64,000 nt of DNA, from assembly GCA_018882585.1 (NCBI GenBank), contig VFFB01000003.1:10359-74358 (forward strand), in the 5' to 3' direction. Numbering within the stretch: position 1 is the first letter of the stretch; each line of letters opens with the position of its first letter. The notes beneath the pieces were generated by a model that made no database searches, was not told the origin of the DNA, and was given only the letters and a program-made list of their open reading frames with translations. Source of the DNA: Candidatus Kapaibacterium sp. Lineage in GTDB: Bacteria > Bacteroidota > Ignavibacteria > Kapaibacteriales > Kapaibacteriaceae. A program made the position numbers and the translations under genes. This document shows, piece after piece, positions 50,021 to 59,740 of the stretch.

Positions 50021-50473
50021 ATGGACCTTTCGATCGACATCGTCCGCATGCCACATGCAGCCGACCTGCCCCTGCCGGAGTATGCCACGGCCGGTGCAGC
50101 CGGCATGGATGCGCATGCGGCCGTAGATGCCAACGTCACAATGGCTCCGGGAAGCATCGTCCTGGTCCCTACCGGATTACAGGTGGCCATCCCGGCCGGC
50201 TTTGAACTTCAAGTTCGGTCGCGCAGCGGCCTGGCCGCAAAGCACGGCGTGTTTGCGCTGAACGCCCCGGGTACCATTGACAGCGATTACCGTGGCGAGG
50301 TCAAGATCATCCTTGCCAACATGGGTTCGGAGCCCTTCGTGATCGAACGAGGCATGCGCATCGCCCAATTCGTTGTTGCTCGACATGAACACGTTATCTG
50401 GAACGTCGTAGCGGCACTTGACACAACAGCCCGGGGTGAAGGGGGCTTCGGTAGCACAGGAGTACATCCATGA
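50021..50473 (+). CDS. dut: dUTP diphosphatase
   Basis: Motifs [31 protein letters not shown] and ERGMRIAQ match conserved dUTPase motifs I-V. Confidence 0.9.
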   Translation: MDLSIDIVRMPHAADLPLPEYATAGAAGMDAHAAVDANVTMAPGSIVLVPTGLQVAIPAGFELQVRSRSGLAAKHGVFALNAPGTIDSDYRGEVKIILANMGSEPFVIERGMRIAQFVVARHEHVIWNVVAALDTTARGEGGFGSTGVHP

Positions 50474-50919
50474 CGATCAGCATCGGTTCTGACCACGCAG
50501 GCTTCGCCTACAAGGAAGCACTCAAGGCCATGCTCGTGGCCGAAGGCCACGAGGTGATCGACGTTGGCACCCACTCCGAAGAACGCGCCGATTATCCCGA
50601 CTATGGGGTGGCAGCGGCAAGGCTGGTTGCCAACGGTACAGCACGCTACGGCGTGTTGGTCTGCGGTTCCGGCATCGGCATCTCCATCGCAGCGAACAAG
50701 GTACATGGCATCCGCGCGGCCAATTGCGTCACCGTCGAAATGGCCCAGCTTGCCCGACAGCACAATGACGCCAACATGGTTGCTATTGGACAACGCCTGG
50801 TGTCGGAGGTTGACGCAAAGGCCATCGTGAAGGCCTTCCTTACGACCGACTTCGAAGGCGGCCGTCACGCTCAACGCGTCGAAAAGATCCATGCTCTTGG
50901 CGAAGGGGCACCGTCATGA
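50470..50919 (+). CDS. rpiB: Ribose-5-phosphate isomerase B (RpiB/LacAB family)
   Basis: [12 protein letters not shown]...[15 protein letters not shown] are the RpiB hallmarks. It overlaps dut by 4 nt. Confidence 0.85.
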   Translation: MTISIGSDHAGFAYKEALKAMLVAEGHEVIDVGTHSEERADYPDYGVAAARLVANGTARYGVLVCGSGIGISIAANKVHGIRAANCVTVEMAQLARQHNDANMVAIGQRLVSEVDAKAIVKAFLTTDFEGGRHAQRVEKIHALGEGAPS

Positions 50920-51641
50920 ACGTCATGGTTGTGTCGGCCCACCCCGACGATGCTGAACTAGCCTGTTCGGGAACGGTCCGCAGGCTCACGCTGGACGGAC
51001 ATACCGTTGTCTTTGTCGAATGTACCCGCGGCGAACTTGGCACGCGCGGTACTCCCGAGCTGCGCCTTCGCGAAGCCGCCGATGCGGCCGCCATCCTTGG
51101 CGTTACCGTACGCGAATGCCTCGACATGACCGATGGCGCCATCATGCACACCGACGAACACATCATGAAGGTCGTCGGCGCCATCCGAGCACACAGACCG
51201 CATCTGATGCTGATTCCCCCACCGTTCGAACGACATCCCGACCACGAGGCCGTACACAGACTGGCACGCGCCGCTGCGTTCAAAGCGGGCCTGGCCAAGG
51301 TTGCGTCCGTGCGCGACGGCGTCGAGCAACAGCCGCATCGTCCGCACCGCATGTTGTGCTTCTTGCAGCAGTATGATTTTCCGCGGAATCCGGATGTGTA
51401 TGTCGACATCACGGATACATTCGACGCGAAGATGGCGTCGATCAAGGCGTTTTCGTCGCAGTTCTACCTGCCGGATCTGTACGAGAGCGACGAACCTTCG
51501 ACGTTCCTGAGCAGACCGGAGTTTCTGCACGAGATCGAGGCGCGGGCAATGTACTTTGGAAGCCGCATCGGCACGAGATATGCCGAGGCTTTCATGGCCG
51601 TCGAGCCCCTTGCCGTTGCTTCGCTCGACGTGTTGCTGTAA
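50916..51641 (+). CDS. PIG-L/LmbE-family N-acetylglucosaminyl deacetylase (BshB1-like)
   Basis: The N-terminal motif VVSAHPDDAELACSG plus HPDH. It overlaps rpiB by 4 nt. Confidence 0.75.
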   Translation: MNVMVVSAHPDDAELACSGTVRRLTLDGHTVVFVECTRGELGTRGTPELRLREAADAAAILGVTVRECLDMTDGAIMHTDEHIMKVVGAIRAHRPHLMLIPPPFERHPDHEAVHRLARAAAFKAGLAKVASVRDGVEQQPHRPHRMLCFLQQYDFPRNPDVYVDITDTFDAKMASIKAFSSQFYLPDLYESDEPSTFLSRPEFLHEIEARAMYFGSRIGTRYAEAFMAVEPLAVASLDVLL

Positions 51642-51650
51642 CGGAGTCGT

Positions 51651-52103
51651 CTATCGCATGCGCTCAAGCAGGGTCGCCCGATGGCGGTCCTTCACAGCAC
51701 GCACATCGTTTGCGTCAACGTCGATACGACGCCCCTTGAACGTCTCGTACAGATACGACGTCACGGCCGCAATATCTGCATCGCCGTAAGGGATAGGGGG
51801 CATGGTAAGCCGACGGTCATCCAGATAGGAACCGTCTCGGCGAGCTTTCGCGCCGTAGGCCAGTGTTACGATCACCGAATCGATCGGACCGTTCCAGAGA
51901 TGACGGTCGTTGATGCGACGAACTCCGCCAACGCCTTGTCCGGCGTCGCCATGGCAGCGAATGCAGTATTCCTGGTAGACCTCGGCTCCACGTCGCACGG
52001 TCGTATCAGGTCGTGTCGGACACATGGCAATGACGGCAGCGGCGGTGCCGATACCGAGAATTACCAGCGATGCGCGACGTATCAGTGCAGTGATATCCGT
52101 CAT
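51651..52103 (-). CDS. Mono-heme c-type cytochrome (class I)
   Basis: CIRCH heme site with the conserved Met region downstream. There is an N-terminal signal/TM. Confidence 0.7.
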   Translation of the reverse strand: MTDITALIRRASLVILGIGTAAAVIAMCPTRPDTTVRRGAEVYQEYCIRCHGDAGQGVGGVRRINDRHLWNGPIDSVIVTLAYGAKARRDGSYLDDRRLTMPPIPYGDADIAAVTSYLYETFKGRRIDVDANDVRAVKDRHRATLLERMR

Positions 52104-52146
52104 AGCTCCTCGCAGAGTACGGCACAATTTGAGCAATTTGTTCCCA

Positions 52147-53028
52147 ATGGCACGCTTGTCACCCGAAGAATATCACATTCCGGTCATGGCCGATGAATGT
52201 CTGGATCTACTGCACATACGCCCTGACGGTACGTATGCAGACGCAACGCTGGGCGGCGGCGGACATTCGTCGCTGATCCTTGCAGCGCTCGGCCCGGGCG
52301 GACGTCTGTTCAGTTTCGACGCCGACGATGTGGCCATCGAACGATGCCGACAGCGCTTCCATGACGAACCTCGCATCACACTGGTGCATGCCAACTTTGA
52401 TGCCATGCCTGACGCCATGGCAACGGCCGGCCGCGTCGATGGCATCCTGTTCGACCTGGGTGTATCGTCGTACCAGTTCGATTACCATGCTCGCGGGTTT
52501 TCGTTCCGTTTGAACGCGCCGTTGGACATGAGGTTCGGCCAAGAGGGCAGAACGGCCGCCGACATCATGAACACGGCTTCGGAAGACGAGCTTGCACGCA
52601 TCTTCTTCGGGTACGGCGAAGACCCGTCGTCCCGCAAGCTGGCGCGCGCCGCCGCGCAGCGGCGGCGGCTGGCGCCATTCGTCAGCACGGCCGATATGCG
52701 CGACCTTGTCGTGCAACACATCCCGCCGCAGCATCAGCCCAAGACCCTGGCGCGGATCTTTCAGGCGCTCCGCATTGCCGTGAACGACGAGCTTGGCAGG
52801 CTGGAGCGGACGCTTACGAGCATGATCCCATTGATGGCACCCGGCGGACGCATCGTGGTGATGAGCTATCATTCGCTCGAAGACCGAATCGTGAAGAACG
52901 TCTTCCGCGATAACAAGGACACGCTTCGCATCATCACACGGAAGGCCATTGAGGCGGGCGCCGCCGAGGTCGCGACGAATCCCCGCGCGCGAAGCGCGCG
53001 GTTGCGCGCGGCAGAGCGCGTGGCATGA
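52147..53028 (+). CDS. rsmH: 16S rRNA (cytosine1402-N4)-methyltransferase RsmH (MraW)
   Basis: Motifs HIPVMADE, DATLGGGGHS, FDLGVSSYQ and SYHSLEDR. The start is chosen at the ATG MARLSPEEYHIPV. Confidence 0.9.
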   Translation: MARLSPEEYHIPVMADECLDLLHIRPDGTYADATLGGGGHSSLILAALGPGGRLFSFDADDVAIERCRQRFHDEPRITLVHANFDAMPDAMATAGRVDGILFDLGVSSYQFDYHARGFSFRLNAPLDMRFGQEGRTAADIMNTASEDELARIFFGYGEDPSSRKLARAAAQRRRLAPFVSTADMRDLVVQHIPPQHQPKTLARIFQALRIAVNDELGRLERTLTSMIPLMAPGGRIVVMSYHSLEDRIVKNVFRDNKDTLRIITRKAIEAGAAEVATNPRARSARLRAAERVA

Positions 53029-53065
53029 CGATGCCCTATTTTTGTGTCGGACCTTTGAGCACCCT

Positions 53066-54454
53066 GTGACCAACTCGGCAACGTTTACCTATCAAGATCT
53101 GCTGGCCATCGCCGGCAGGGCGGCAGCGTCGCTGCCGCAGGACATCGCCGTCTGCGGCGTAAGCACGGACAGTCGCAGCATTGCCCCTTCCAACATCTTC
53201 ATTGCCCTGCGAGGGGAGCGATTCGACGGACACGATCACGTCGAACAGGCCCTGGCCAACGGCGCAGTGTGTTGTGGTGTGGAGCGCGCATATGCCGAAA
53301 CGGCACCGGCTGATGTTGTGGCACGGTGCATTGTCGTTGACGACACGCTGCACTTGCTTGGAAGCTTCGGTTGGTATCACAGGCAACGTTTCGAGATCCC
53401 GGTGATAGCTATTGGCGGCGCCGCTGGCAAGACGTCGACGAAAGATCTGACGGCACACGTACTGTCGCAGTCGATGAGCGTGCTGAAAACACAGGCCAAC
53501 TACAACAACCGCATCGGCACACCGCATACGCTGCTGCAGTTGACGGCCGACCATGATGTTGCCGTGATCGAGATCGGCACGAATGAGCCTGGCGAGATCG
53601 AAACACTTACCGCGATGGTGCAGCCGACACACGGACTGATCACCAACATCGACAAGGAACATCTCGAAAAACTGATCGACCTTGACGGCGTCGAGCATGA
53701 GGAGTGTACACTGTTTGCCTGGCTAGCCGATGTTGGCGGGCTTGCCCTGATCAACATTGACGACGAGCGGCTGCAGAAGTACGTTGTGTACAATCCGCGG
53801 CACGTGACGTTCGCGCTCGATACGCCGGCCAACCTACGTCCGACCGTCGAGTTCGACGATGCACTACGGCCGACACTGTCGCTCGTGATGAACGACTTCA
53901 CGCTTCGCGCGCGCATGCAGGCAACAGGCCTGGCTGCCGCACGCAATGCCGTCTGTGCCATGGCCGTCGCCTATGCGCTTCGTGTACCGGCACCTGTCGT
54001 AAATCACGGCCTTGAAACCTACGAGCTTTCATCCGGACACGGCTATGCACGGATGGTCGTGCAACACGTGGGTGGGTTCACCGTGCTGAACGACTGTTAC
54101 AACGCCAATCCTGCCTCGATGAAGCTGGCTCTCGAAACCCTGCGGCGATACCCCGCCAGCATGCGCGTTGCCGTCTTGGGCGACATGCGCGAGCTTGGCA
54201 GCGCCGAAGACGTTGAACACCAGGCCATGCTTGATGCGGCAACCCAGTGCGCCGACCTTGTGATCGTCTTGGGCGACGCGTTCCGCCGTGCAGCCATCAT
54301 GCTTGATCGACCCCACGTGGTCGTCTGCGAGACGCATCACGGCTGTGCGCAGGCCCTGAAGGAACATGCAGCCGCTGACGCCGCAGTACTCGTCAAGGGT
54401 TCGCGAGGGATGACGATGGAGCGTATCATAGAGACTTTAGCAACACCGCAGTAA
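53066..54454 (+). CDS. murF: UDP-MurNAc-tripeptide--D-Ala-D-Ala ligase MurF
   Basis: N-terminal colinearity with E. coli MurF (VSTDSR..., IFIALRGERFDGHD). ATP site GGAAGKTSTK. C-terminal domain DCYNANPASM. The GTG start is at 53066, with an alternative TTG at 53042. Confidence 0.85.
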   Translation: MTNSATFTYQDLLAIAGRAAASLPQDIAVCGVSTDSRSIAPSNIFIALRGERFDGHDHVEQALANGAVCCGVERAYAETAPADVVARCIVVDDTLHLLGSFGWYHRQRFEIPVIAIGGAAGKTSTKDLTAHVLSQSMSVLKTQANYNNRIGTPHTLLQLTADHDVAVIEIGTNEPGEIETLTAMVQPTHGLITNIDKEHLEKLIDLDGVEHEECTLFAWLADVGGLALINIDDERLQKYVVYNPRHVTFALDTPANLRPTVEFDDALRPTLSLVMNDFTLRARMQATGLAAARNAVCAMAVAYALRVPAPVVNHGLETYELSSGHGYARMVVQHVGGFTVLNDCYNANPASMKLALETLRRYPASMRVAVLGDMRELGSAEDVEHQAMLDAATQCADLVIVLGDAFRRAAIMLDRPHVVVCETHHGCAQALKEHAAADAAVLVKGSRGMTMERIIETLATPQ

Positions 54455-54475
54455 CGCGACACGAGGAGCAGGATC

Positions 54476-55606
54476 ATGTTCTATCATCTCGCCTGGTGGC
54501 TACGGGAAATCGGAGACATACCCGGTATCAACCTGTTCGGATATGTGACATTCCGTGCAGCCGCGGCAGCCATTTTCGCGTTGCTGATCTCGCTCGTTGT
54601 CGGCCCTCGCATCATCGCTGCCCTCAAGCGCATGCAGATCGGCGAGCAGGCCAAGTCGGAGCTTCAGCAGGTGGGCAATCACTCGCTGAAGGCTGGCACG
54701 CCAACCATGGGAGGTCTGATCGTCCTTGCTGCCGTGCTTATTCCCACGCTGTTGTGGGCCAACGTGCAGAACATGTATGTCATTCTTGCGGTGTTTGTCA
54801 CGGCAGCTCTTGGCGCAGTTGGGTTTCTCGACGACTACCTGAAGGTCGTCAAGAAGATGCGGAAAGGGCTGATTGGACGCTACAAGATCGTTGGCCAGGT
54901 GGCCACGGGCCTGGTGGTTGGCAGCGTGATGTACTTTGCGCCACATTGGTTTTCGCCCGAGTTTTCGTCGGTGGCCACGCTTACGACGGTACCATTTGCC
55001 AAGCACGTCAGTTTTGACTTCGGCGTGTTGTTCATACCTGTCGTCATCTTCATCATAACCGCTACATCGAACGCCGTCAACCTCACCGATGGTCTCGACG
55101 GACTATGCATCGGCACGGTCGGCGTAAGCGCACTGACGCTTGCCGTGATCGCCTACTTCAGCGGCAATGCGTTCTTTGCCGACTACCTGAACATCATGCA
55201 CCTTCGTGGTGCCGACGAGCTGGCCATCTTTTGTGCGGCCATTGTTGGTGCGGCTATGGGCTTCTTATGGTACAATGCCTATCCGGCACAGGTCTTCATG
55301 GGAGACACCGGGTCGCTTGCCCTGGGTGGCGCCATCGGCATCCTTTGCGTTCTTATCAAGAAGGAATTCCTGCTGCCCATCGTCGGCGGAATCTTCTTTG
55401 CCGAGACCGTCTCGGTCATCATCCAGGTCACCTGGTTCAAGCTCACCAAGAAGCGATTCGGCGAGGGCCGCCGAGTGCTCCTCATGGCCCCCTTACACCA
55501 CCACTTCGAAAAGAGTGGTTGGCACGAATCGAAGATCGTTACGCGCTTCTACATCATTGCCATCATGTTGGCCATCATCACGATGGCATCGTTCAAGGTT
55601 CGGTAA
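54476..55606 (+). CDS. mraY: Phospho-N-acetylmuramoyl-pentapeptide transferase MraY
   Basis: 10-TM protein with the motifs NAVNLTDGLDGL, DTGSLALGG and PLHHHFE. There is a GAGGAG RBS. Confidence 0.9.
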   Translation: MFYHLAWWLREIGDIPGINLFGYVTFRAAAAAIFALLISLVVGPRIIAALKRMQIGEQAKSELQQVGNHSLKAGTPTMGGLIVLAAVLIPTLLWANVQNMYVILAVFVTAALGAVGFLDDYLKVVKKMRKGLIGRYKIVGQVATGLVVGSVMYFAPHWFSPEFSSVATLTTVPFAKHVSFDFGVLFIPVVIFIITATSNAVNLTDGLDGLCIGTVGVSALTLAVIAYFSGNAFFADYLNIMHLRGADELAIFCAAIVGAAMGFLWYNAYPAQVFMGDTGSLALGGAIGILCVLIKKEFLLPIVGGIFFAETVSVIIQVTWFKLTKKRFGEGRRVLLMAPLHHHFEKSGWHESKIVTRFYIIAIMLAIITMASFKVR

Positions 55607-55622
55607 GGGGCGGGGCCAACGC

Positions 55623-56234
55623 TCAGGGGCGCAGACCCGCGTAGTCGCTTACGATCTTGGAGAGGGCATCCAGGCCTGTGGTGATCTTCCTGATGAACGA
55701 CGTGTTATGAGGTACGAAGACGAAGTTCGGATGCTGTGACCACAGGTCGCGCAGACGCTTATCGAGCGCTATGGCCTGCTCGATGGTCTCGATGCGGATC
55801 GGATTGCCGCCCTCGATGGAGATACCGCCTACGGCGGCCGTCTCGAAAAAGATGATGGCATCATAGCGCATCAGTTCACGCTCGAGCGTCGTGTTCAGAC
55901 TCGAGAAAAACTCATATGGATCGCCAGGCCAATAGGCAGCACCGTCAACGGTTCCGCGGTCGCAGATAAGCACCCGATGCGGATACTGTGCTGCCTGCGC
56001 AGCTTCGAGGTGGACCTGCACGTGGTAGATGGCATGCTGTGTCGAACGGCGCACATCCGGTTGGCCCACGCGCGGAAAACCGCCGCCGTACAACAGCGTT
56101 GCCGCCTCCGGCACGATCACAACATTCTCGCCAATCTCGCGCCGATACAGGTCGGCAGCGGTCGTTTTACCGCCACCGGGTCCACCGGTCAGCACGACGC
56201 GGCACTGTGTATTACCGTTGTTGATCCGTTGCAT
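55623..56234 (-). CDS. P-loop NTPase (AAA_28/NadR-kinase-like predicted ATPase)
   Basis: Walker A VVLTGGPGGGKTT. It is a small single-domain ATPase of about 200 aa. Confidence 0.5.
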   Translation of the reverse strand: MQRINNGNTQCRVVLTGGPGGGKTTAADLYRREIGENVVIVPEAATLLYGGGFPRVGQPDVRRSTQHAIYHVQVHLEAAQAAQYPHRVLICDRGTVDGAAYWPGDPYEFFSSLNTTLERELMRYDAIIFFETAAVGGISIEGGNPIRIETIEQAIALDKRLRDLWSQHPNFVFVPHNTSFIRKITTGLDALSKIVSDYAGLRP

Positions 56235-56525
56235 GACGGAAAGCTACGGAAAGTTGCGACTGAAGCACGGTCGACCCTCGTTGTGTGCACCGAACACAGA
56301 CAGTATTTACGCCGTGAGGTAGCCCTGATTCGGGGCTGAACGAACACCGTATTACCATGTAATCGTGTGTTGAACGTCAAAAAACATGACAAATGTCGTA
56401 ACGAACGGTGGAAAACGTTGTTATTCTGAGACGTTCTGATACACAGTGTCGCGTTGCAGACGGCTCGCCGAATAACGCAAAGCCCGGCGATCTGTGATCG
56501 TATCCGGAACGAGGAATTCAACCCT

Positions 56526-59500
56526 ATGAACATCAAGATCTTAGTAGCGACCCTTTGTTCGCTTGTGCTGGAATCATGGTCGGCGCAGGCGCAGTCGTCC
56601 TTTTTTCCGGTTTCGTTTTCAACATTCCGGCACCCGGCTCCAGGCTATTACCTTATTGCCCCGAACTCGATTGATTCCCTTGGTTTCATTGACCACGGTG
56701 CCCGAAATGCCCACGCTGTACACGCCCGCCTACCTGCAGCCATTCGATGGCAGGTCGACAACACGGTGACCTACATTGATGCTGGCAGAGGCTGGCTGAA
56801 AATGAATGTTGATTTGGAGGTTGTGGACACGTTAAGGCTTCCCGATTACGATACGGATTTCCACGAATGCAGGACACTATCGAACGGGAACACCATTCTG
56901 TTCGGATTTGACCCAAGGGTGATGGATCTGTCTGGCATAGTTTCCGGTGGAAAGACAAATGCCAGGGTTGAGGGTTCTTTGATTCGTGAGGTTACACCGC
57001 AAGGTAATACAGTCTTTCAGTGGTACATCCTCGACCACACAAACGTTACCGATGCAGTGGATTACTACGACCTTACGCAGGCCTCGATTGATTATGCCCA
57101 CCCGAACAGCATCGCGGAAGATCTCGACGGAAATTTTATTCTGTCTGTCCGACACTTCGATGCAATCCTGAAGATCAATCGTGCCACGGGTGCGGTGATG
57201 TGGTGGCTTGGTGGTGAAAAGGCTCGACGCAATGATTTCAGGTGGATCAACGATGACAATGCAGGGTTTACAGGCTTCTCGCATCAACACTCGGTCGAGG
57301 TCATGTCGAATGGAAACATTGTGATGTTTGACAATGGCAACATGAAAGCGAACAGCTTTTCACGTGCCGTGATGTACCAGCTTGACCAGACGAACATGAC
57401 CGTCACCAAGGTGTGGGAGTATCGACACACACCGGATATCTTTACTGCATCTATGGGGAGCGTTCAGGAATTGCCAAACGGCAACATTCTGATTGGCTGG
57501 GGAACGAACGATACCAAGGTTATAGCCACAGAGGTTGCGCCAGACGGTTCGGTCGAAGCTGAACTTGTTTCTGATCAGCCCCAGCAGATTCGTTCCTATC
57601 GAGTGATGAAGGCCCCCTTCTCGATGACCGGAACACAAAAAGACGTGTCGCAGCCCGGCCACATCGAAATGGATTCCCCTGACTCGACGTCGCACATTTC
57701 GTTTGATGTTACCAACGTGACACAACCCACCAATGTTATTGTTGAGCGACACTGGAATGTGCCCGTCAGCCCCGTCTTCAACGGACCGTTGCCGTGCCGA
57801 ATACTTCCATCACGGTGGTCGGTTCGATCGGATAGAAAGAGCACGATCACGGCGTCGATGGAGTTCACCTTAGGCAATGTTCCGGGAATCGATGATCCTT
57901 CCTCTGTGGTACTGTACCACCGCAACACAGACGGTACAGGTGCTTTTTCGAAGGTGCAGACGACGTACGACGCGAGATCAAAAACGCTCACGGCTGGTGA
58001 ATTCAAGACGGGAGAGTACCTGACCGTCTATGAGTCGTGCCAGATTCCTTATCCGATCCGTCCAGCACACAAGGCAACGCACCTGCCTGCAAACGATATC
58101 ACATTCGCTTGGTCAGTCGCCGTGCAGTCGAACGGATATCAACTGCAGATATCCACGGCAAGTAACTTCAACACCACCGTGCTGGACGCCGTTATTCAGA
58201 ATGCTGAAGCGTATACGTACAGACTCCTGAATTCCTACACAACGTATTACTGGCGCGTACGTACACGGCTTGAAAACGGTCAAACTGGTCAATGGTCGGA
58301 AGTTCGGTCCTTCCGAACGCGACTTGATGCTCCCGGCCCGCTATCTCCAAGGATCAGTGTCGACACGGCCGCCGTGCTTCCTACACAAACATTCTCGTGG
58401 ACGAAGGTTGGTAATGCAAACTCTTATCACGTACGACTCTTCATCCATGGTGCAGCGGACTCGTTGATTACGGAAGATACATTGCAGACCAACGGTTGGT
58501 TGGCACCTGCGCTGCAACCCAACTCGTGGTACGTATGGGATGTTCGAGCCTTGGCTGATACTGCGGCCAGTTTATTCTCAGCAAGAGCAGCGTTTCTTAC
58601 GTCACCCGACAAACCAACATTAGAAATGCCGGATGATTCATTACGTAATGCGCCCTACCGTGATGTTCGACTTGCTTGGAGTGCCGTGGATCAGGCGACG
58701 CGCTATCGCGTACGTGTGACAATAGGCACACACGACTCCGTCACGGTCGACACTATCATTGAATCGACGATCCTTGTGTTGGGGGATCTCACACCCGGAA
58801 TGCGGTATCGATGGTCTGCCTGTGCGATCGGACGGTACGGCGTCGGCCCATGGGCCACGGAACGCGTCCTCTGGACTGCCGAGCTCGGCACTCTGGCTGC
58901 TGCCACGCCTGTGATGCCACGTAACGGTGATACGGTTCTTCGCGACAGCGTGATTCTTTCGTGGAGCCAGCCGGATGCAGTCCAATGGGTCGTCCAGCTT
59001 GGTTCATCGGCGTCGATGGACGATATCCTGTACGAAGTGTCGAACTATCAGGAACGAACCTTGGTCGTTCCGGCGTCTGTTCTTGCGGAAGGTCGCGAGT
59101 ACTTCTGGCGCGTGAAGGGATTTGCCGGCAGCCTTGAAAGCGACTTCTCTGCTGTACGCCGCTTTGTTATCGCCGTGGCACCACCGCCGGTCGTTATCGG
59201 TCTGGTGCCGCTCGAGCCACTCAGTGGCGCTATCGATGTGCCGCGCTCAGGTGTATTCCGTTGGACGTCTGACAGTCGGGTCGATACGTACAGCGTCCTG
59301 CTGTATCGAGGATTGCAGACCTCGCCCGAACGAACGCTGACAACGTCTGATACAGTAGCACCATACGCAGGACTTGAGGCCGGTACAGCCTACCGTTGGT
59401 GCGTACGCGGACGCAAGGACGGTATCACCGTCGACACCGGGGCCATAGCAACGTTCACCACAGAGAAGGTCGAGGTTGTCTCGGTGGTCGATATCGATGT

Positions 59501-59717
59501 TGAAGCTGCATCGTCGGGACTCCTTCGTGGCAAGGTCGCATGCGACGGCAGCACGGTGAACATCACGCTAACCGATCTGCAGGGACGACTCGTCGAACGA
59601 GCTGAGGTAAGCGCCGTGAACGGAGCATGGAGCTATCTGCCGCGCAGGAGCGGTCTGCTGTTTGCAACGGTATCTGCCTGTGGCAACAACTCGACGGTCG
59701 TCTTAATGACGCGATGA
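56526..59717 (+). CDS. Arylsulfotransferase (ASST)-like beta-propeller protein with tandem FN3-like domains and T9SS CTD (paralog 1)
   Basis: Signal peptide MNIKILVATLCSLVLESWSAQAQS. ASST-family hallmarks are AHPNSIAEDLDGNFILSVRHFDAILKINRATGAVMWWLGG and FSHQHS. There are 5 or more FN3-like modules with YYWRVR/YFWRVK/YRWCVR tryptophan motifs. The C-terminus is ITLTDLQGRLV...LLFATV. Confidence 0.65.
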   Translation: MNIKILVATLCSLVLESWSAQAQSSFFPVSFSTFRHPAPGYYLIAPNSIDSLGFIDHGARNAHAVHARLPAAIRWQVDNTVTYIDAGRGWLKMNVDLEVVDTLRLPDYDTDFHECRTLSNGNTILFGFDPRVMDLSGIVSGGKTNARVEGSLIREVTPQGNTVFQWYILDHTNVTDAVDYYDLTQASIDYAHPNSIAEDLDGNFILSVRHFDAILKINRATGAVMWWLGGEKARRNDFRWINDDNAGFTGFSHQHSVEVMSNGNIVMFDNGNMKANSFSRAVMYQLDQTNMTVTKVWEYRHTPDIFTASMGSVQELPNGNILIGWGTNDTKVIATEVAPDGSVEAELVSDQPQQIRSYRVMKAPFSMTGTQKDVSQPGHIEMDSPDSTSHISFDVTNVTQPTNVIVERHWNVPVSPVFNGPLPCRILPSRWSVRSDRKSTITASMEFTLGNVPGIDDPSSVVLYHRNTDGTGAFSKVQTTYDARSKTLTAGEFKTGEYLTVYESCQIPYPIRPAHKATHLPANDITFAWSVAVQSNGYQLQISTASNFNTTVLDAVIQNAEAYTYRLLNSYTTYYWRVRTRLENGQTGQWSEVRSFRTRLDAPGPLSPRISVDTAAVLPTQTFSWTKVGNANSYHVRLFIHGAADSLITEDTLQTNGWLAPALQPNSWYVWDVRALADTAASLFSARAAFLTSPDKPTLEMPDDSLRNAPYRDVRLAWSAVDQATRYRVRVTIGTHDSVTVDTIIESTILVLGDLTPGMRYRWSACAIGRYGVGPWATERVLWTAELGTLAAATPVMPRNGDTVLRDSVILSWSQPDAVQWVVQLGSSASMDDILYEVSNYQERTLVVPASVLAEGREYFWRVKGFAGSLESDFSAVRRFVIAVAPPPVVIGLVPLEPLSGAIDVPRSGVFRWTSDSRVDTYSVLLYRGLQTSPERTLTTSDTVAPYAGLEAGTAYRWCVRGRKDGITVDTGAIATFTTEKVEVVSVVDIDVEAASSGLLRGKVACDGSTVNITLTDLQGRLVERAEVSAVNGAWSYLPRRSGLLFATVSACGNNSTVVLMTR

Positions 59718-59740
59718 GCGTAAACCGAGTCAAGCCCAAA

